Positions 16,736 to 26,442 of a stretch of 64,000 nucleotides of DNA are shown piece by piece. The notes below the pieces were generated by a model. The model did not search any database. It had not been told where the DNA came from and was given only the letters and a program-made list of their open reading frames with translations. Source of the DNA: an uncultured Verrucomicrobiae bacterium (GTDB lineage Bacteria; Verrucomicrobiota; Verrucomicrobiia; Chthoniobacterales; JAFAMB01); the NCBI GenBank assembly GCA_963837955.1, contig CAWIPH010000002.1, positions 2,944,001 through 3,008,000 on the forward strand, written 5' to 3'. Every line of letters begins with the position of its first letter. Position 1 is the first letter of the stretch. Position numbers and translations under genes: made by a program.

Positions 16736-18631
16736 ATGGGCGCGTCCGGATATACTCGAAAATTCATTCTCTTCGTCATCGTTTTTCTCCCTCTCTCATT
16801 GCGAGGAGAAAATCCGCGACTAGCCGGTCCGATGGCTTTGACCGTCGATGCCACCGAGATCAGCCGCCAGCTCTTGCACGCGCAACTTTCGTTACCGGTC
16901 AATTCCGGTCCGCTGACGCTCGCTTATCCCCAATGGATTCCAGGCGAACATGCTCCAACTGGACCAATCGATAGCCTGGTCGGCCTAAAGCTTTCGGTCG
17001 ATGGACAACCCCTCGCTTGGCGCCGGGATCTCGTCGAACTTTATCTGATCCATTGTGAGATTCCTGCGGGCGTTTCGCGGCTCGACATTTCACTCGATTA
17101 TGTGATCCCCGCGGATGCCGAAGGTTTTTCAGAGGGCCGTTCTTCGACCGCCCTCCTTGGTCTCATCAACTGGAACCAGGTTCTTCTGTACCCAACGGGG
17201 TTCAATACAGATGACATTGTGGTTGAAGCCGGGCTCCGCCTCCCGGACGGATGGCAGTTTGGAACCGCTCTGACCGTCGCTGAGCGTACACCCGCGGTTC
17301 GTTTTCAGCCGGTATCGCTCACGACGCTCGTCGATTCCCCGGTGGTTACTGGTAAGTTCTATCGAAACATCAAGCTCGCAGAGTCGACGCCAACGAACGA
17401 GATGGACATCGTCGCGGATAGCTCCGGTGCCCTGGAGTTGCCTGAAGAAAAGATTGCTCAATACCGGAGACTGGTGACCGAGGCCGCAGCATTATTCGGA
17501 GCTACCCACTATTTGCACTACCACTTCCTCGTTGCGCTCGCCGAAACCATTTATCACGACGGAATCGAGCATCATGAATCGAGTCTCAATACGGTGACGG
17601 AGAAGGCGTTCACGGACAAAGACCTGCTGGCGACCGAGTCCGACTTGTTGCCGCACGAATTTGTTCATTCCTGGAACGGGAAATATCGCCGGCCGGCCAG
17701 CCTCACTACGCCCGATTTTCAAAAACCGATGCTCGATGACATGCTCTGGGTTTATGAGGGTCTCACTGAGTATCTGGGAAGTTGCTTACTAACAGCGCGG
17801 TCCGGCCTGCGGAACGGGGAACTGAGTCGCGAGTGGCTGGCCGAGGAGGCGGCCGAACTCGAGCACAGAAGCGGACGGACGTGGCGCTCTCTTCAGGACA
17901 CAGCGGATTTTGCTTCGCGGCTCTACGATACGCCTCATGAGTGGGCGGATCGCAGAAGGGAAGTTGATTTTTACCCTGAAGGGGTTCTTCTCTGGCTGGA
18001 GGCTGACACAATCATCCGCCAGCGAACCAACAGCGGAAAATCGCTCGACGATTTCTGCCATCTTTTTCACGGTGGAAAGAGCGGGGCGCCGAGCGTCAAG
18101 ACATACACATTTGAAGAAGTGACAGACGACCTAAATCAAGTCTGCCCTTTCGATTGGCGATCGTTCTGGTTGCAGCACCTCAATTCGCTTTCGCCGCGGG
18201 CCCCTCTATCTGGCATCGAGGCAGGCGGTTGGAAACTGATTTACACAGACCAACCAAACGAAGTAGTTAAGAACCGAGACAAACGCGAAAAACAACTCGA
18301 CCAGCGCTACTCGATCGGTCTCATCCTCAAGGAAGATGGCACGATTGTCGACGTGCTCGCGGGCACGGCCGCGGACGCGGCGAAGTTAGCACCTGCCATG
18401 AAAATCGTGGCAGTAAATTCGCGAACATATACACCGGAAAAATTGGAAGACGCCATTAGAGCGAGCGCCCAGTCCCGAGGAGTCGATCTCCTAGTGAATA
18501 GCTCCGACTATTATGAGACTTTGCATTTAGACTATACCCAGGGACTACGATACCCCCACCTCGAGCGCGACTCCGCGAAACCAGACTTGCTGTCAGAAAT
18601 TCTCAAACCGCACGCCGCGATAGCAAAGTAG
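16736..18631 (+). CDS. M61-family glycyl aminopeptidase with C-terminal PDZ domain, exported
   Basis: YPQWIPGEH, GIEHHESS, HEFVHSWNGKYRRP, LWVYEGLTEY; PDZ-like tail; signal peptide. Confidence 0.92.
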   Translation: MGASGYTRKFILFVIVFLPLSLRGENPRLAGPMALTVDATEISRQLLHAQLSLPVNSGPLTLAYPQWIPGEHAPTGPIDSLVGLKLSVDGQPLAWRRDLVELYLIHCEIPAGVSRLDISLDYVIPADAEGFSEGRSSTALLGLINWNQVLLYPTGFNTDDIVVEAGLRLPDGWQFGTALTVAERTPAVRFQPVSLTTLVDSPVVTGKFYRNIKLAESTPTNEMDIVADSSGALELPEEKIAQYRRLVTEAAALFGATHYLHYHFLVALAETIYHDGIEHHESSLNTVTEKAFTDKDLLATESDLLPHEFVHSWNGKYRRPASLTTPDFQKPMLDDMLWVYEGLTEYLGSCLLTARSGLRNGELSREWLAEEAAELEHRSGRTWRSLQDTADFASRLYDTPHEWADRRREVDFYPEGVLLWLEADTIIRQRTNSGKSLDDFCHLFHGGKSGAPSVKTYTFEEVTDDLNQVCPFDWRSFWLQHLNSLSPRAPLSGIEAGGWKLIYTDQPNEVVKNRDKREKQLDQRYSIGLILKEDGTIVDVLAGTAADAAKLAPAMKIVAVNSRTYTPEKLEDAIRASAQSRGVDLLVNSSDYYETLHLDYTQGLRYPHLERDSAKPDLLSEILKPHAAIAK

Positions 18632-18664
18632 CCTGATCCTTCTGGCTCAGGAATCCAGGGCTAC
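18628..18664. repeat. GTAG-type REP-like element overlapping the M61 stop codon
   Basis: GTAGCCTGATCCTTCTGGCTCAGGAATCCAGGGCTAC; related copies at 24827 and 24873. Confidence 0.6.
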
Positions 18665-19175
18665 GAAGAATGTGAGAGGTGAGAGTGATTGGTGGAAAGC
18701 CCAGGGTCGGTAGGGCGAAAACCCGACTCCGCAAAGCCTACGTCGCGGCTGACTCTGTGGTATTCGTCAAACGCTTGGCCAGGGCGCGCCAAAGCGCAGC
18801 GGCGGCGGCCTCGGCGCGAAAAAAGACGTCGCAGATCTGTGATCGGGTTCGCGCTGGGTTTGAGCCGCGCGCGTTCTCATCCGTGTTACACTTTTTTACC
18901 CCGTGTGTTCTTCAGCGGCGGAACTGGTGGGCCAAGCGATGCCGGTGAGGAAAACACAAACGGCTCAAGCCGGCGCGGCTGATACCGCCCCAGGCTTTCG
19001 CCCTACCGATCGTGGGCTTTCGCGCCTCAAAGGTTTATTCATGCAAAACGCAGCTTCGGAGCCTGTTTCGCGCGAAGGGGAGCGGGCACACGCGTCTGAA
19101 AGTTGTAACGATTTCTGTCTCGAACCCAGCGGTTATCTAATGTAAGGGCAAATTTGTCAGGAGCGCGAGCAAACC

Positions 19176-19535
19176 ATGAAGCTACCCAACATTTTTGAAA
19201 AGGAAGTAACCCCGTTGTCGTTCCCTGCTGGAACTGTGATTTTTGCGGAGGGCCAAAAGCGAGACTCCATGTACGTCGTTCAGTCTGGGCAAGTAGAACT
19301 CAAAGTCGCCGGCCGAACCGTTGAAATTCTCGGGGTAGACGGATTTTTTGGCGAAATGGCCTTGATCGACCAAGCAGCCCGGAGCGCTACGGCAATTGCT
19401 AAGACCGATTGCTCGGTGATTCCCATCAACGAAAAGAGTTTTCTATTTATGGTCGAAGAAACACCGTTCTTCGCTTTGACCGTTATGCGCACGCTAACCG
19501 GACGCTTACGTCGCAACGAAGAAATCGTCCGCTGA
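19176..19535 (+). CDS. Stand-alone cyclic-nucleotide-binding domain protein
   Basis: IFAEGQ...MYVVQSGQVE...FFGEMALIDQAARSATA; no HTH. Confidence 0.9.
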   Translation: MKLPNIFEKEVTPLSFPAGTVIFAEGQKRDSMYVVQSGQVELKVAGRTVEILGVDGFFGEMALIDQAARSATAIAKTDCSVIPINEKSFLFMVEETPFFALTVMRTLTGRLRRNEEIVR

Positions 19536-19544
19536 ACAAGCCGA

Positions 19545-19862
19545 TTACCCCCGCCGAAAACGCGATTCCGCCTGGCGCTGCTCAACCTCTTCCAGCAGAC
19601 GTACGATCACCTTGATCCCCGGAAGATTCACTCCGAAATTGGTGCGTAACTGCTCTATCCGGCGCAGCATTCGAACCGCTTCCTCATCGAAGAACAAGCC
19701 CCCACCCGGCTCTACCACTGGCGAGACCAAGCGATGTCTCACATAGATCGCGATCGTCCGCCGAGGAATCTGGGTAAGTCGCTCCGTGATTTCAATGCTG
19801 TAAATGGTTTCAGGGTCGGGCTCAAAAACCTGAATTGCCTGATTTTTAGATGACTTCGCCAT
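19545..19862 (-). CDS. cbpM: Chaperone modulator CbpM-like (MerR-type)
   Basis: LRRIEQLRTNFGVNLPGI motif; directly downstream of a cbpA-like gene. Confidence 0.8.
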   Translation of the reverse strand: MAKSSKNQAIQVFEPDPETIYSIEITERLTQIPRRTIAIYVRHRLVSPVVEPGGGLFFDEEAVRMLRRIEQLRTNFGVNLPGIKVIVRLLEEVEQRQAESRFRRG

Positions 19863-19865
19863 GGG

Positions 19866-20840
19866 TTAGTCCTCTTTTCTCGGGTCAAACGACGACACGC
19901 TGCGAAGCTCTTCCCAAAGCCGTCGTTCTTTGTCACTTACCTTCTTTGGTACTCGGATAGTAACCACCAAATAAAGATCACCACGTTCTCCTTTCGGGCC
20001 CTGGGGCAGGCCGCGTCCCCGTAATCGGACTTTTTCGCCGCTATCAATACCAGGCGGAATCTTACCGTTTAGCTTACCATCCAGCGAAGGAATCGAAACG
20101 GTGGTTCCCAGCACGGCCTCCCAAGGAGCTAAGTCCAGATCATAATAGAGGTCTGCCCCATTCGCGCGAAAATAAGGGTGAGCGGCGAAATGTACGCGCA
20201 GGTAAAGATCCCCGGCAGGCCCACCTCCAAAACCTTCGCCCCCGTGGCCAGGCACACGTATTGTGCGACCGTCTTGGACTCCAGGTGGAATCCGCACTTT
20301 GAACGACTGGGTCACCGTTTCTCCCGTTTGCGGATCAATTCGCTGAAGGGATATGGGCCGGATCGCGCCTCGCATTACCTCTTCTAAAGTCACCAAGATA
20401 TCTCCTTCGATATCAAAGCCGCGGGCAGACCGCTCCTCGCGAGCGGTCCTGCCTTCACTCGATCGAGGCGAAGTTCCGAACCGGGAACGGCGGCCGAAAA
20501 GTTCCTCGAAGAAATCGCTGAAGCCGGTCCCGTCAAAATGAAACTCTACGTTCGGTTCTCCATCGGGTCCCCCACCAAATCCCTGGCCTGCTCCCGGAGC
20601 AGCGGCAGTTTGCTGCCAATCCATTCCCAGACGATCATATTTTTGGCGATTAGCAGAATCACCCAAGACTTCATACGCCTCGTTGATCTCTTTGAATTTT
20701 TCTTCCGCGCCTTTCTTATCCTTCGCAACGTCGGGATGATATTTGCGCGCTAACTTGCGAAAGGCCTTTTTGATATCTTCTTCGGAGGCCTGCTTGGGAA
20801 CACCCAAAATCTGATAATAATCTTTGAATTGGGTTGGCAT
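19866..20840 (-). CDS. cbpA: DnaJ-class chaperone, CbpA-like (no Zn finger)
   Basis: J domain KDYYQILGV...YHPD...[27 protein letters not shown]. Confidence 0.9.
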   Translation of the reverse strand: MPTQFKDYYQILGVPKQASEEDIKKAFRKLARKYHPDVAKDKKGAEEKFKEINEAYEVLGDSANRQKYDRLGMDWQQTAAAPGAGQGFGGGPDGEPNVEFHFDGTGFSDFFEELFGRRSRFGTSPRSSEGRTAREERSARGFDIEGDILVTLEEVMRGAIRPISLQRIDPQTGETVTQSFKVRIPPGVQDGRTIRVPGHGGEGFGGGPAGDLYLRVHFAAHPYFRANGADLYYDLDLAPWEAVLGTTVSIPSLDGKLNGKIPPGIDSGEKVRLRGRGLPQGPKGERGDLYLVVTIRVPKKVSDKERRLWEELRSVSSFDPRKED

Positions 20841-20875
20841 TGACCATTTCTTCTATTGAGCCAAGGTGAAACAGC

Positions 20876-21091
20876 ATGGACCGAACGGCAAATAGTCAAT
20901 TCAAAACGCTGCGTGCTTCTTCGCTTTATTGTCCCAAATGCCGATCCGCTCAGCCGGTGTACGAAAAACTGCTCTTGATCCTGCCCGATCGCGAGCTCTA
21001 CGACTATCTCTGCCGGCGTTGCGCTAGTTCGGTGGGCTCCCGAGAAGTTCGAGCCGCGGATGCACGGGGTACGAATCTCATTGTTCCGTGA
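20876..21091 (+). CDS. Small Zn-ribbon protein
   Basis: YCPKC...LLLILPD...YLCRRC. Confidence 0.7.
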   Translation: MDRTANSQFKTLRASSLYCPKCRSAQPVYEKLLLILPDRELYDYLCRRCASSVGSREVRAADARGTNLIVP

Positions 21092-21432
21092 GCGCTTGGT
21101 GACTCCACGCGGGCGCCCACCCCGACCGGAGGATATAATTACTCGGTCGAGCGATACTGTTATAAGGCGTAGGAACCCAACGTCTTAGCAACTCACAGCC
21201 GCCGGAGGCCGGGAGAACCCGGCTTGGATTAGGCCTGTTGCCTGCCGTTCCCGTATTCTGCTTTCCGCCCCTCGACTCGACAAATTCGCATACGTCTTCG
21301 CTTGGTTTGCGGCTATTCGCAGCGCCGAACGCAATCGTAGTCGATCCTGATATGGGTATTGGGATAGACCCTGATATACGGGGTGATAAAATTCAGTTAT
21401 TCTCGACGGCGAAATCGTTAACGAAAGGATAC

Positions 21433-22326
21433 ATGAAGCTCGCGTGGTCGATTTTGGGTTTTGTCTGCCTCGGAGAAGTGGCGTTCGCCGGAGGCAATAC
21501 ATTGCTGCAACCCTCACCCTCTCCCGCCGCGCAGAATTTGGGAGCACCATGGTCGTTTGACCTGAATAGCACTTACACCTTCGGTAGCCGGATCCAAAAG
21601 GCTGCTAATCTGGGCTCCCAAGCGGAATACCGATACGAGTTTCAGGCCTTACGCAACTTCCGGATCACGGGAGACTACTATCTGCAGCTCGGTGTCGACT
21701 ACGAACGATTCGATTTCTCGCGCTCTAACTCCACCTTTCCCTCTTCCTTTACCTCCCTTTCCGGCGAGATTTTGCTCTCCTATTGGTCCGGAGACAGTTT
21801 TTATCCAGTCGTCCGACTAGAGCCCGGCATCTACTACACGCGCGATCATGTGACCGGAAACTCCTTCGACGTCCCGATTCGCATTACTCCGGGATTCAAG
21901 CTAAGCGAAAATTTATACGTCATCTTCGGCTGCAGCATCGACGCGTATTCAAACCCGATTGTCTTTCCGATCGGCGGCTTCAATTGGAAAATTAACGATC
22001 AATTTAACTTTCGGGCGGTGTTCCCGCGACCTCGTTTGAGCTACTCGCCAAATGACAGGCTCGAAATTTATGTAGGCGGAGAACTTCTCGGCAACAGTTA
22101 CCGCAATGGCCCGACAAATGATCGCCGTACAAACAATGCCATTTTGGAGTACGACGAAGAACGTGCTGGACTCGGCGTCAGCTATAATCTGCGGAAGGGC
22201 ATCGATTTGGAAGCCATTGCGGGCTGGACGTTTCAGCGGACTTACGACTACATCCGCTCAGGTCCTGTTTACAAAAGCAAAGGCGCACCCTATCTGCGAC
22301 TAGATCTTAAAATTGATCTGTTCTGA
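21433..22326 (+). CDS. Outer-membrane beta-barrel protein (DUF6268-like), copy 1
   Basis: Signal peptide, amphipathic strands, terminal Phe; RBS-like AAAGGA before ATG 21433; 297 aa, same length as copy 2. Confidence 0.8.
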   Translation: MKLAWSILGFVCLGEVAFAGGNTLLQPSPSPAAQNLGAPWSFDLNSTYTFGSRIQKAANLGSQAEYRYEFQALRNFRITGDYYLQLGVDYERFDFSRSNSTFPSSFTSLSGEILLSYWSGDSFYPVVRLEPGIYYTRDHVTGNSFDVPIRITPGFKLSENLYVIFGCSIDAYSNPIVFPIGGFNWKINDQFNFRAVFPRPRLSYSPNDRLEIYVGGELLGNSYRNGPTNDRRTNNAILEYDEERAGLGVSYNLRKGIDLEAIAGWTFQRTYDYIRSGPVYKSKGAPYLRLDLKIDLF

Positions 22327-22608
22327 TGGCGCCCGACAGGGGGCAATAGCAGCGGCAGGGACGAATTACTCTCGCCAACGGTGCACTGGCCGGGCGAAAA
22401 CCAGAGACATGCTTCCGGCTCCGACTCCACACCGTCCGAAAGATGCCCGAACGTCGGTCCAGATCGAAAATCGGCGTTGTGTCTTCCGTCGAAAGCGCTT
22501 GATTGAGGCGAGTCGAGCGCAAAATCGATCCGAGCCGAACCTGATGTACGTCTCAATGAAATTACTATCGCGTTCGATCGCGCATCTTTTGAGTCAAAAA
22601 GAAAAGGC

Positions 22609-23502
22609 ATGAAATCCGCATGGTGCATCTTAGGCTTTCTCTGCCTTGGAGAGATCGCGTTTGCCGGAGGCAACATGCTGGTGCAACCCTCGCCTACGCC
22701 GAACTTGGAAAACTTGGGAGCACCATGGTCATTCGACCTGAATAGCACTTACACCTTCGGCAGCCGCATCCAAAAAGCCGCCAATCTAGGCTCCCAAGCG
22801 GAATACCGATACGAACTTCAAGTGTTACGCAACTTCCGGATCTCCGGAGACTACTATCTGCAGCTCGGCGCCGATTACGAGCGGTTCGATTTCTCGCGCG
22901 CGAACTCGATCTTTCCCTACTCATTTACGTCCCTCTCCGGCGAAATTTTGTTCTCCTATTGGTCAGGGGACAGTTTTTATCCAGTGATCGAACTGGAGCC
23001 TGGCATTTACTACACGCGCGATCATGTCACCCGAAACTCCTTCGATTTCCCAATTCGCCTTACCCCTGGATTTAAGCTCGCGGAAAATCTGTACGTCATC
23101 TTTGGCTGCAGCATCGATGTGTATTCGAACCCGATCATCTTTCCGATCGGCGGCTTCAATTGGAAAATAAATGATCTGTTTAACTTTCGGGCGGTGTTTC
23201 CTCGACCGCGTTTGAGTTTTACGCCGAATGACAAACTTGAAATCTACCTGGGCGGAGAACTCATAGGTGATAGCTACCGCAACGGTCCAACCAACGATCG
23301 CCGAACCAACAACGCCATTATCGAGTACGAAGAAGAGCGTGCCGGACTGGGTGTAAGCTACACGTTGCGAAAGGGCATCGATTTGGAGGCCATTGCGGGC
23401 TGGACGTTTGAGCGGACCTACGACTACATCCGCGCCGGCCCAATTTACCGCAGCAAGGGTGCACCCTATCTCAGGGTCGATCTGAGTATTGATCTGTTTT
23501 GA
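22609..23502 (+). CDS. Outer-membrane beta-barrel protein (DUF6268-like), copy 2
   Basis: Collinear, highly similar paralog of 21433-22326. Confidence 0.8.
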   Translation: MKSAWCILGFLCLGEIAFAGGNMLVQPSPTPNLENLGAPWSFDLNSTYTFGSRIQKAANLGSQAEYRYELQVLRNFRISGDYYLQLGADYERFDFSRANSIFPYSFTSLSGEILFSYWSGDSFYPVIELEPGIYYTRDHVTRNSFDFPIRLTPGFKLAENLYVIFGCSIDVYSNPIIFPIGGFNWKINDLFNFRAVFPRPRLSFTPNDKLEIYLGGELIGDSYRNGPTNDRRTNNAIIEYEEERAGLGVSYTLRKGIDLEAIAGWTFERTYDYIRAGPIYRSKGAPYLRVDLSIDLF

Positions 23503-23562
23503 AATCGCTGCTGTTCCGCTGGCTTTCCGGCTAACGAGCTGGTAATTCTAGATAGCAGGCAA

Positions 23563-23904
23563 ATGCGTGGACAGCATGACCGGGCATATCCCCTTGTTTG
23601 CGTGCTCTTGATTTACTCCGCTCCAATGATTCGCGCCGAGGATCCATCGACACCTCTCAAATTTTCCGGCGGCGACGGCTCGTCATTAGAGAAAGCCGTC
23701 GTGATTCTCGGCGCGACCGACGAAAGCGCAGGGGTGGGAGCGGAACACACTTACCTCTCTCTGCATTTTCCGGGTTCCGCCATCATAAAACAGGCTCTGC
23801 TACACCAGGAGGGAAAGGCCTATGATCGCGTGGAAATTAGAACTTCGGTCAATACTCCGGCCATCGTCTATTTCGATATCACCGATTTTTTGGGTAGATT
23901 CTAG
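23563..23904 (+). CDS. Small exported hypothetical protein
   Basis: Hydrophobic N-terminus; FSGGDGSSLEKAVVI...VYFDITDF. Confidence 0.65.
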   Translation: MRGQHDRAYPLVCVLLIYSAPMIRAEDPSTPLKFSGGDGSSLEKAVVILGATDESAGVGAEHTYLSLHFPGSAIIKQALLHQEGKAYDRVEIRTSVNTPAIVYFDITDFLGRF

Positions 23905-23947
23905 CCCTCTATCCGGGCTTGATGATCGCTTGGCTGTCCGATTGGCA

Positions 23948-24793
23948 ATGCGCACTCATTTACTTCCTCCGAGGAACTCGCTCAGTTTCAGACTGGCTCT
24001 CCTGAGCACATTCTTGCTCTTGGGCACTACTGCCCGCTCTGAAGATTTCGCGTCTTCGGCGAAGATCGTTACGCAAACCGAACGCGCGTTTTCGTCTCGT
24101 TGCGCTGAGATAGGAATCCGCGATTCTTTCCTCGAGTATTTCTCTTCGGATGCAATCCATTTCGAGCCCGGACCCCGTTTGGCGCGCCCGGACCTTGAGC
24201 ATGAAGCAGCCTCAGTGATGCCTCGATTGACCTGGGAGCCAAAAATTGTTCGGGTCGCCAGCTCCGCCGAACTAGCCGTAAGTACCGGCCCATACGTCCT
24301 GGAAGGCAAAACGGGGAAGCAGTCGTTCGGCTATTTTCTTTCAATCTGGAAGAAGCAATCTGACGGGAAGTGGAGAGTGGCGGCTGATATTGGCGTTCCC
24401 GCTTCAAAATCTTCCGATCTCGCGGAAGATTTCCAGGCCTACGATGTTTCGTCTGCTTCCGGCCCACCTGACTTTTTGGAGCTTCTGACTTTTGAGCGCG
24501 AGCAATTCAGCCGAGGCGTCGAAACAGCAAAGACCTATCAATCTGTCATCCTTCCGGAAACCGTGTTTGAGAGAGCTGATTTGCCGTTGATGGCGGGAGA
24601 GAGCGCTTATCAGCCGTTCTTGGCTACGCTGCAGACGAAACGAACGCAGCTCGCCCAGGCTGGCGCGAATATCTCCGGCAATCTCGGATTTACTTACGGA
24701 ACAGAAGAAGGCGCCGGATATTATCTGCGAGTCTGGATCTGGAGTCAGCAGCGCTGGCGATTACTTTTCGACGTGCTCGCCAACATGGAATGA
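23948..24793 (+). CDS. Exported NTF2/DUF4440-like protein (tandem domains)
   Basis: Signal peptide; TERAFS, LTWEP, STGPY, YFLSIWKKQSDGKWRVAADIG; second repeat LGFTYG...YLRVW. Confidence 0.75.
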   Translation: MRTHLLPPRNSLSFRLALLSTFLLLGTTARSEDFASSAKIVTQTERAFSSRCAEIGIRDSFLEYFSSDAIHFEPGPRLARPDLEHEAASVMPRLTWEPKIVRVASSAELAVSTGPYVLEGKTGKQSFGYFLSIWKKQSDGKWRVAADIGVPASKSSDLAEDFQAYDVSSASGPPDFLELLTFEREQFSRGVETAKTYQSVILPETVFERADLPLMAGESAYQPFLATLQTKRTQLAQAGANISGNLGFTYGTEEGAGYYLRVWIWSQQRWRLLFDVLANME

Positions 24794-24826
24794 GCTTAGG
24801 CAAAGCCGGTTCACTGAGAACCGCCA

Positions 24827-24900
24827 GTAGCCTGATGCTCCGGCCTCAGGAAGGGCATTGGTGATTGGTGATGTAGCCTGATGCTCCAGCATTAGGCTAC
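24827..24900. repeat. Two GTAG-type REP-like units; the second is a near-perfect hairpin and possible terminator between convergent genes
   Basis: GTAGCCTGATGCTCCGGCCTCAGG (24827) and GTAGCCTGATGCTCCAGCATTAGGCTAC (24873-24900) followed by TTTT. Confidence 0.65.
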
Positions 24901-24908
24901 TTTTCGCC

Positions 24909-25916
24909 TCAATGATTATCCGAGTTGTCGGGATCCTTAGGTTTCGTTCCCATGATTTCGTCGATTCGCTCGAGAATCTCGGGCGTCAACTTTTCTGCAG
25001 CACTGGAAGCAGTCAGATTCTCTTCGAGCTGCGCGACTTTCGACGCTCCAAGGATCACCGTACTTACATGGGGATTCTTCAGGCACCAAGCGATCGACAG
25101 AACCGACTGAGGAACGCCAAGCTTCTTCGCAAACTCACCAAGCTTGCGCACCTTTTCCAGCCTTTCCGGCTTGAGGACCCACTCACGCAACCAACCATAG
25201 CGCTCAAGACTCAATCGGGCGTCAGCCGGGTTTCCTTGGTTGTATTTTCCAGTCAGCAGTCCACTGGCCAAGGGTGACCAGATCGTGGTCCCGAGACCGA
25301 TCGTGTCGTAAAGCCGGGCATACTCGAGCTCGACCTTATGGCGCTGCAAAAGATTGTAGTATGGCTGTTCCATGGTCGGCGGCACCAGGTGGTATTCTCG
25401 AGCGACCTCGTGCGCCTCCATGATTTCTTGAGCGCTCCAGACGCTTGTTCCCCAGTACACTACCTTGCCTTGAGCAATCAGATCGGACATTATCCGGACA
25501 GTCTCTTCGATCGGAGTTTCCGGATCAGGCCGATGACAGAAAAAGAGGTCTAGATAGTCGACCTGGAGTCGGCGCAAAGCGCCGTGACACGCTTCGAAAA
25601 CGTGTTTGCGGCTCAATCCGTACTGATTGGGCTTTTGCGGTTGCTTGGCTGAGCCAAAGAACACCTTGCTGGAGACCAAAAAAGTGTCGCGAGGCCATGC
25701 GAGCTTGCTAAGGATCTTGCCCATAACGATTTCCGACTGGCCGGAAGCATAGCCCTCAGCGTTGTCGAAGAAGTTAATGCCTCCTTCGTACGCCTTAATC
25801 ATCAAATCTTCCGCTACGTCATCGGAGATCTGATCACCAAATGTGACCCAAGAACCCAAAGAGAGCTCGCTTACCTTCACTCCTGCTTTACCTAATCTGC
25901 GGTAATTCATAGTCAT
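24909..25916 (-). CDS. Aldo/keto reductase (Kv-beta-like subfamily)
   Basis: MNYRRLGKAGVKVSELSLGSW, FFDNAEGY, SSKVF, FCHRPD, WSPLASGLLTGKY. Confidence 0.93.
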   Translation of the reverse strand: MTMNYRRLGKAGVKVSELSLGSWVTFGDQISDDVAEDLMIKAYEGGINFFDNAEGYASGQSEIVMGKILSKLAWPRDTFLVSSKVFFGSAKQPQKPNQYGLSRKHVFEACHGALRRLQVDYLDLFFCHRPDPETPIEETVRIMSDLIAQGKVVYWGTSVWSAQEIMEAHEVAREYHLVPPTMEQPYYNLLQRHKVELEYARLYDTIGLGTTIWSPLASGLLTGKYNQGNPADARLSLERYGWLREWVLKPERLEKVRKLGEFAKKLGVPQSVLSIAWCLKNPHVSTVILGASKVAQLEENLTASSAAEKLTPEILERIDEIMGTKPKDPDNSDNH

Positions 25917-26023
25917 AACACCCTTGCACGAGTCTCCGGTCGCTGCAGCTAGGAAACGAAAGTGAAGCGACCACAAGGTTTGAATTCTCTAATCAAAGCC
26001 CACGTCAAACCAATTGGAGGCCT

Positions 26024-26419
26024 ATGCGAATTCTTTCTCCGATCCTTTCCCTGTTGCTGCTTGCTTCGATGCATGCCGGTGCCCAGAGCGCACCGTTGCT
26101 TAAGTTTAACATGACGAAAGCTGACCGGACTCGAGTGATTTATGAATTTCGAGTTCCGGCTAATATTGAAGTTAGCGCCCTTGCCGACACAGCAGAGGCT
26201 CAGCATAAAGCGGGTGTGACCGCTTTAACCTGGGCCCAAAGTTTTTACGGTGCCCACGACGTCTTTTTACAATCAGTCGATTTCAAACCGGAGCCGATCC
26301 CTCACTACGTCGCTTCGTTCAATGGTCAGATTGGAACTTTCCGCCAGGCTTTCTTTGCGGTGATACTGGGTTCCGGGACGCCGCTGGAGCCACTGGAAAT
26401 GCATGTCCTGACCCAATGA
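26024..26419 (+). CDS. Secreted hypothetical protein
   Basis: Signal peptide MRILSPILSLLLLASMHAGA. Confidence 0.7.
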   Translation: MRILSPILSLLLLASMHAGAQSAPLLKFNMTKADRTRVIYEFRVPANIEVSALADTAEAQHKAGVTALTWAQSFYGAHDVFLQSVDFKPEPIPHYVASFNGQIGTFRQAFFAVILGSGTPLEPLEMHVLTQ

Positions 26420-26442
26420 GCAGGTCACCGAGACAACCTGGC

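Noticed and set aside
18700..18760. c-di-GMP-I riboswitch-like GCAAA/GAAA motifs
   Set aside because: The paired stems could not be built; the sequence looks more like REP-type repeat DNA.
21238..21432. 65-aa N-terminal extension of barrel copy 1
   Set aside because: Paralog alignment, the RBS and the signal peptide place the start at 21433.
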